Of a stretch of 23,138 nucleotides of DNA, positions 18,605 to 23,138 are shown piece after piece. The DNA is from Gemmatimonadaceae bacterium (GTDB taxonomy: Bacteria > Gemmatimonadota > Gemmatimonadetes > Gemmatimonadales > Gemmatimonadaceae), in NCBI GenBank assembly GCA_040901985.1, contig JBBDYC010000017.1, forward strand, positions 202,140 through 225,277, in the 5' to 3' direction. Made by a program: the position numbers and the translations under genes. The notes beneath the pieces are model-generated. The model was given only the letters and a program-made list of their open reading frames with translations. It did not search any database and was not told the DNA's origin. Every line of letters begins with the position of its first letter. The first letter of the stretch is position 1.

Positions 18605-19324
18605 ATGGCGGGCCGGGACTTCGCAGACAGCCTGTTCTCCGACAAGGACGATGACGACGAGGCTGGATTCAGCGGCGGCGCCAGCGGCGGCAAGGGCAGC
18701 GCGTCGTATGATGAGGATGAGGATGAGGATGGCGGCTGGGCCATCAACAAGGACCACTCCGACTCGCTCTGGGATTCGACCGAGGAATCGGACGACGACG
18801 ACGAGGAGGGCGGCACTGCGCCCGTCGCCGAAACCGGGGACGACGAGGACGAAGGCGACCTCTTCGGCGATTCGATCGCGCCGCGGCGCCGCGGGCGCAA
18901 GCCGGCCGAGAAGCCGCGCGTTCGCAGCATCTTCGAGACCGGCGAGAATCCGGTGCCCGCAGCCGCCATTGCGCCGACGCCCGCCAAGCCCGCGCCCGCT
19001 CCAGTCGCCGCCCCGGTGAAGGTCGCCGCGGCAGCGACAAAGGTGGTCGCCAAGGCCAAGGAGAAGGGCGCCAAGACCGCGGCGAAGGCCAAGAAGGCCG
19101 CGAAGAGGACCGCCAAGAAGGTCGCGAAGAAGGCGGCCAAGAAGGCCAAGTCGGTTCGCGCCGCCGGCAAGCGCACAGCGAAGAAAGTCGCCAAGAAAGT
19201 CCGCTCCGCCGGCAAGCGCACGGCGAAGAAGGTCGCCAAGAAGGTCCGCGCGCGCGCGAAGGCGACGAAGAAGAAGGTGGTCCGAGCCGCCAAGCGAGTC
19301 ACCCGGGCCGCGAAGAAGAAGTAG
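18605..19324 (+). CDS. Low-complexity protein: Asp/Glu-rich N-terminus, Pro/Ala linker, Lys/Ala-rich histone-H1-like tail
   Basis: Strong RBS, DEDEDED and SDDDDEE tracts, and a C-terminus of AKKAAK/KRTAKKVAKK repeats ending AAKKK. Third codon positions are GC-rich in this frame. Confidence 0.8.
   Translation: MAGRDFADSLFSDKDDDDEAGFSGGASGGKGSASYDEDEDEDGGWAINKDHSDSLWDSTEESDDDDEEGGTAPVAETGDDEDEGDLFGDSIAPRRRGRKPAEKPRVRSIFETGENPVPAAAIAPTPAKPAPAPVAAPVKVAAAATKVVAKAKEKGAKTAAKAKKAAKRTAKKVAKKAAKKAKSVRAAGKRTAKKVAKKVRSAGKRTAKKVAKKVRARAKATKKKVVRAAKRVTRAAKKK
19103..19243 (+). repeat. Three coding copies of KRTAKKVAKK
   Basis: Copies start at 19103, 19169 and 19214. They are identical in protein and differ at synonymous positions. 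Confidence 0.8.
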
Positions 19325-19383
19325 TCGGGGCAGTCGCGGGCGAGCTATCCGCGCACGGTGATCCGCGTTAGTCTTTGCGGACG

Positions 19384-19929
19384 ATGTCGGACTCGCCCGT
19401 CGCCCTGCTCCGCGCCCATTCGCGGCACGCCCCGTGGAACGCGCGGGGGCTCGCCTCCCACGCGACGGCACTGGTGGATGCTGCCGGGATGCGGCCGACC
19501 AACACCTCTGCGCGCGCCACCCCGAGCGCCCGCGCCATCCGCTTTTACGTCGCCAACGGCCTGCTCGACCACCCCGAGGGCAAAGGCACCGCGGCGACCT
19601 ATCATTACAAGCACCTCCTGCAGCTGCTCGCCATCAAGATCCGGCAGCGCGAAGGGCAGACGCTCGACACCATCAAGGTTGAGCTCGCCGACCTGCAGGG
19701 CGACCAGCTCGAGAAGCGCGTCGCCGTTGCACTGGCGCCCGCGCTGGGCAACGGCGCCGACACCAGCCTCCGCCACGACGACGATTCGCCGGCCATTTGG
19801 CGCCGCCTCGGCGTCGCCGAGGGAATCGAACTTCACGTGCGCGAGGATTCTCCCGCCGCGCGTGAGTCGGCGCTCATCGCGATTCGCGAGGCCGTCCGGG
19901 CCGCCCTCGGGCGCGAGGATGTGCGGTAG
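19384..19929 (+). CDS. MerR-like helix-turn-helix regulator
   Basis: PSARAIRFYVANGLLDHP.G.G..A.Y..KHLLQLLAIK..Q.EG.TL..I, with a C-terminal WRR..VA.GIELHV. Confidence 0.8.
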   Translation: MSDSPVALLRAHSRHAPWNARGLASHATALVDAAGMRPTNTSARATPSARAIRFYVANGLLDHPEGKGTAATYHYKHLLQLLAIKIRQREGQTLDTIKVELADLQGDQLEKRVAVALAPALGNGADTSLRHDDDSPAIWRRLGVAEGIELHVREDSPAARESALIAIREAVRAALGREDVR

Positions 19930-19970
19930 ACTCTTGCCCGGATTCACGAGGGCGACAACATTAGAGTCCG

Positions 19971-20810
19971 ATGGCTTCCGCCTCCCGACGTAGGCCTCCG
20001 TCGCGCACCGTCCTGCTCGACCGCGCGATCGAGGCGCTCCCGCTCTTCCGTCTCTCCGATAGTTCGGAGGACGCGGTCGTCGCGTTCACCGCCGAGAACG
20101 GCGGGCGTTGGCGGGTGCTTCCGGCGCCCGGGGAGCGACTTCCCGGCACGTTTGACCAGGACGTCTACATCGAGCTGTTCCGGCGATTTCACGAGGCCGA
20201 CCAGCCGGCCGACGGCGTGCTCTCGTTCACCCTGCACGCATTTCTCCGCTCAATGGGGCGTCGCGTGGACGGGCGCACGTACGAGCAGCTCCGCGGCGCC
20301 CTGGCGCGGCTTGAGCGCACGGTGCTCGAGAGCGAAGGCGCCTGGTTCGACGCCACAAGCGGGACATACGGCCACGCCCGCTTCACGCTCCTCTCGGCCG
20401 TCGCGATCGACCGGAGGCGGCTCACCGACCGCGACCAACTGGCCCTGTTTCCCGCGCTCGCCTCAAACGAACCCGGCGACGCGCACGTGACCCTCGCTGC
20501 GCCGCTCCGCTCGAATATTGCCAACGGTCACTCGGTCTCCCTCGTCGCGCCCCGCTACGTGGCGCTGTCGTCGCCCGTTGCCCGCCGCCTCTATCGGCTC
20601 CTCGAGGCCGAGCGCGCCGCCCGGGGCACCGCCTCGTGGGCGCTGCCGCTGGAGCGTCTCGCCGAGCTGCTCCCCCTCGCCCAGCGCTATCCGTCCCACC
20701 TCCAGCGCGTCCTCCAGCCGGCCCACGAGATGCTCGTCACCTCCGGAATCGTCCGGCGCGCCCGGTTTGTGCAGGACGGTCGGGCCTGGCGGGTAGAATA
20801 CGGCAGGTAG
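19971..20810 (+). CDS. Replication initiator protein A-like (plasmid Rep-type winged-helix) protein
   Basis: PLFRL, LPG.FDQDVYI.L, FTLH.FLR.MGR...GR.YEQL..AL.RL..T, Y..L.SP.ARRLYRLL and L.E..PL...YPS...R.LQPAH..L...G match the layout of RepA/TrfA-like initiators. Confidence 0.7.
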   Translation: MASASRRRPPSRTVLLDRAIEALPLFRLSDSSEDAVVAFTAENGGRWRVLPAPGERLPGTFDQDVYIELFRRFHEADQPADGVLSFTLHAFLRSMGRRVDGRTYEQLRGALARLERTVLESEGAWFDATSGTYGHARFTLLSAVAIDRRRLTDRDQLALFPALASNEPGDAHVTLAAPLRSNIANGHSVSLVAPRYVALSSPVARRLYRLLEAERAARGTASWALPLERLAELLPLAQRYPSHLQRVLQPAHEMLVTSGIVRRARFVQDGRAWRVEYGR

Positions 20811-20918
20811 GGCCGTGCCGGGGGCGCCGGGACGGGCGCCTCCCGGTTGCCCCAGACCTCCCATCTGCAGCAGCCAGAGACTACGTTCCGAATCCACTCG
20901 AGCCAAGGTCGCTACGCC

Positions 20919-22523
20919 ATGCGCCGTCGTCGCTCACTCGCCATTGCCGGTCTGGTCCTGCTCCCACTCGCGGCGGGCGCGTTCGTCGTGCAGGAGCGCG
21001 CCGCGCTCAGCAGCGCGCGGCTCTTCGATCAGGTCCTTTCGCTGGTCGGCGACAGCTTCGTGGACTCGATTGGGACCCACGAACTCTACGAGCGGGCCGC
21101 CCGCGGCCTCGTGGCGCAGCTCAACGACCCGTATTCCGAGCTCTACACGCCCAAGCAGCTCGAGGCGTTCAACACCTCGACCGGTGGCTTCTACGGCGGC
21201 GTCGGCATGCTGATCGAGGAGCACGAGGGCGCCATCATCGTCAAACAAGTCTATCCGCACACGCCGGCCGAGGAGGCCGGCATCCGCGAGGGCGACCGGA
21301 TCGTCGGCGTGGACACGTCGTCCACGCGCGGCTGGCGGCTCGACCAGGTCTCCGGCGGGCTTCGTGGCGTGCCCGGCACCAAGGTGAAGGCGCGGTTCGC
21401 CCGTCCCGGCGTGCCGCAGTCGTTCGAGGTGGAGTTCACCCGGCGGACGATCCGCATCCCGGCCATCCCCTTCGCGCTCAACGTGGACGGCCGGATTGGC
21501 TACATCCCGGTGCAGCAGTTCAATGAGACCACCACCCGTGAGTTCGCCGACGCCTACCGTCGACTCCAGGCGGAGGGCGTCACCGGCCTCGTGGTGGACC
21601 TGCGCGGCAACTCCGGCGGCTTCCTCGATCAGGCTCTGGCGATGACGAACTACTTCATCCCGCGCGGCCGGGAGATCGCCAGCGTCCGCGGGCGCGCCGG
21701 CGCGATCGAGCGCTACGTGGCCGAGTCCTCGCCAATCGCGCCTGACATCCCCCTCGTCATCCTGACCGACGGCTATTCGGCCTCCGCATCGGAGATTGTC
21801 GCCGGTGCGCTGCAGGATCACGACCGTGCGATCGTCGTCGGCACGACGTCGTTCGGGAAAGGCCTCGTCCAGTCGGTCTACCGGCTCGACGGCGGCTATG
21901 CCATCAAGCTGACCACGGGCAAGTGGTATACGCCGAGCGGGCGCTCCATCCAGAAGGAGCGCGCGCTCGACAGCAACGGCCGGTTCGTCGAGGTCGTGCC
22001 CGATTCGCTCGAGACCGACGCGGTGCGCGGCGGACGCCCGCTCTTCCGTTCGCTCGGCGGTCGTCCGGTGTACGGCGGCGGCGCCATCACGCCCGACGTG
22101 ATCGTGCCCTACGACACGCTCACGAGCGCCGAACAGAAGCTTGCCCGCGCGCTCGTCCCGCGGTCGCAGGACGTCTACCTCGCGCTCTACGACTACGCCT
22201 TTGGCCTCCGTAACGAGGTCCGACCGGACTTCGAGGTCACCGCCGCGATGCGCGAGGAGTTCCGCACCCGGCTGGTGGCCAAGGGCGTGACCGTCGACCG
22301 CAGCGACTGGGACGCCGGCGGTCTCTACATTGACCGACTCCTCCTCAACCGCATCGCCCGGCACGCGTTTGGTGATTCGACCGCCAAACGGCGCGAGATC
22401 CCGGAGGATGTGCAGCTCCGGAAGGCCATGGACCTGTTGCGTCGCGGCCCCACCACGGCTGACCTCCTCGCGATCGCCGCGCCGACGACGGCGCCGGACG
22501 CGTCGGCCCGACGCCCCGACTGA
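20919..22523 (+). CDS. S41 family C-terminal processing protease (CtpA/Prc-like)
   Basis: L.DPYS, PDZ GGVG...TPA..AGI..GDRI, DLRGN.GG, catalytic SASASEIVAGALQDHDRA and FGKG.VQ, and LT..KWYTPSGRSI. The ATG at 20919 gives an N-terminal signal/TM segment. Confidence 0.95.
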   Translation: MRRRRSLAIAGLVLLPLAAGAFVVQERAALSSARLFDQVLSLVGDSFVDSIGTHELYERAARGLVAQLNDPYSELYTPKQLEAFNTSTGGFYGGVGMLIEEHEGAIIVKQVYPHTPAEEAGIREGDRIVGVDTSSTRGWRLDQVSGGLRGVPGTKVKARFARPGVPQSFEVEFTRRTIRIPAIPFALNVDGRIGYIPVQQFNETTTREFADAYRRLQAEGVTGLVVDLRGNSGGFLDQALAMTNYFIPRGREIASVRGRAGAIERYVAESSPIAPDIPLVILTDGYSASASEIVAGALQDHDRAIVVGTTSFGKGLVQSVYRLDGGYAIKLTTGKWYTPSGRSIQKERALDSNGRFVEVVPDSLETDAVRGGRPLFRSLGGRPVYGGGAITPDVIVPYDTLTSAEQKLARALVPRSQDVYLALYDYAFGLRNEVRPDFEVTAAMREEFRTRLVAKGVTVDRSDWDAGGLYIDRLLLNRIARHAFGDSTAKRREIPEDVQLRKAMDLLRRGPTTADLLAIAAPTTAPDASARRPD

Positions 22524-22543
22524 TCACCGTCCTTTCCACCCGA

Positions 22544-23138
22544 ATGCACCGAATCACCCTGGTCGTCGCCGCGCTGCTCGGCGCGGCGACCTGCGCGCGG
22601 CCGACGCCCACCACCCAACTCGCCGCCGATCCGCAGGAAACGCGCCTCACCAACCTCCGGCAGCTCACCTTCGGCGGCGAGAACGCCGAGGCCTACTGGA
22701 GCGCCGACGGCGAGTGGATCACGTTCCAGTCCACGCGCGACGGTCGCGCCTGCGACCAGCAGTACGTGATGCGCGCCGACGGGACCGGCATCCGGCGGAT
22801 CTCCGATGGGCGCGGCAAGACCACCTGCGGATGGTTCCTCCCCGGCGGCGAGCGCCTCTTCTTCTCGTCGTCCACCGCGCACGATGCCGGGTGCCCGGCG
22901 CGGCCGAGCACGTCGCAGGGCTACGTCTGGCCGCTCGACAAGTACGACTTCTACACGGTCAATCGCGACGGCAGTGACCTGCGCCGCCTCACCCATTACG
23001 ACGTCTATACTGCCGAGGGCATCCTCTCCCCGGACGGCCGGACCATCGTCTTTACCTCGCTGAAGGACGGCGACCTCGACATCAACACGATGAACGTGGA
23101 CGGCACCGACGTGCGTCGCCTGACCGACACGCCGGGGT
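22544..23138 (+). CDS. TolB-like / PD40 beta-propeller protein (3' truncated by window end)
   Basis: Read manually because it is absent from the ORF track (no stop in the window): MHRITLVVAALLGAATC...RQLTFGGENAEAYWSADG.WI.FQSTRDG..CDQ.YVM.ADG...SPDGRTIVFTS.KDGDLDI.TMN.DG..VRRLT.TPG. Confidence 0.85.
   Translation, partial: MHRITLVVAALLGAATCARPTPTTQLAADPQETRLTNLRQLTFGGENAEAYWSADGEWITFQSTRDGRACDQQYVMRADGTGIRRISDGRGKTTCGWFLPGGERLFFSSSTAHDAGCPARPSTSQGYVWPLDKYDFYTVNRDGSDLRRLTHYDVYTAEGILSPDGRTIVFTSLKDGDLDINTMNVDGTDVRRLTDTPG

Noticed and set aside
18568..19302. Antisense Phe/Leu/Ala-rich ORF resembling a membrane protein
   Set aside because: It is the mirror of AAG/GCC repeats in the histone-like gene, which has the RBS and the typical codon pattern.
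7458..19324. SET domain methylating the Lys-rich histone-like protein encoded in the same window
   Set aside because: The analogy to chlamydial SET/Hc proteins is attractive, but the genes are about 10 kb apart, on opposite strands and separated by unrelated genes. The sequence gives no evidence of linkage.
19930..20918. Plasmid origin/iterons or an integrated element around the RepA-like gene
   Set aside because: No direct-repeat array, AT-rich region, att duplication or mobility genes are visible.

Overview
High-GC bacterial chromosomal segment. Gene content and style suggest Gemmatimonadota, which is an inference and was not checked. In order, it holds: tRNA-Cys; a DUF4142 plus cupredoxin pair; glutamine synthetase III behind an AT-rich regulatory spacer; an MmcQ/YjbR protein; an M14 zinc carboxypeptidase; and a minus-strand cluster (MATE transporter, Ddl-like ATP-grasp, ATP-grasp-SET methyltransferase fusion, small secreted Cys protein). 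These are followed by a DUF2207-like membrane protein, glnA (type I-alpha)-FKBP-DinB, mqnD, a REC-HD-GYP protein with a broken HD motif and an RND-transporter remnant. The window ends with an acidic/histone-H1-like protein, a MerR-like HTH protein, a RepA-like replication initiator with no mobile-element context, an S41 protease and a truncated TolB-like propeller. The best candidate for an undescribed system is the translationally coupled ATP-grasp / ATP-grasp-SET pair. Second is the histone-like + MerR + apparently domesticated RepA trio. All family calls come from motif recognition by eye, with no database searches run.
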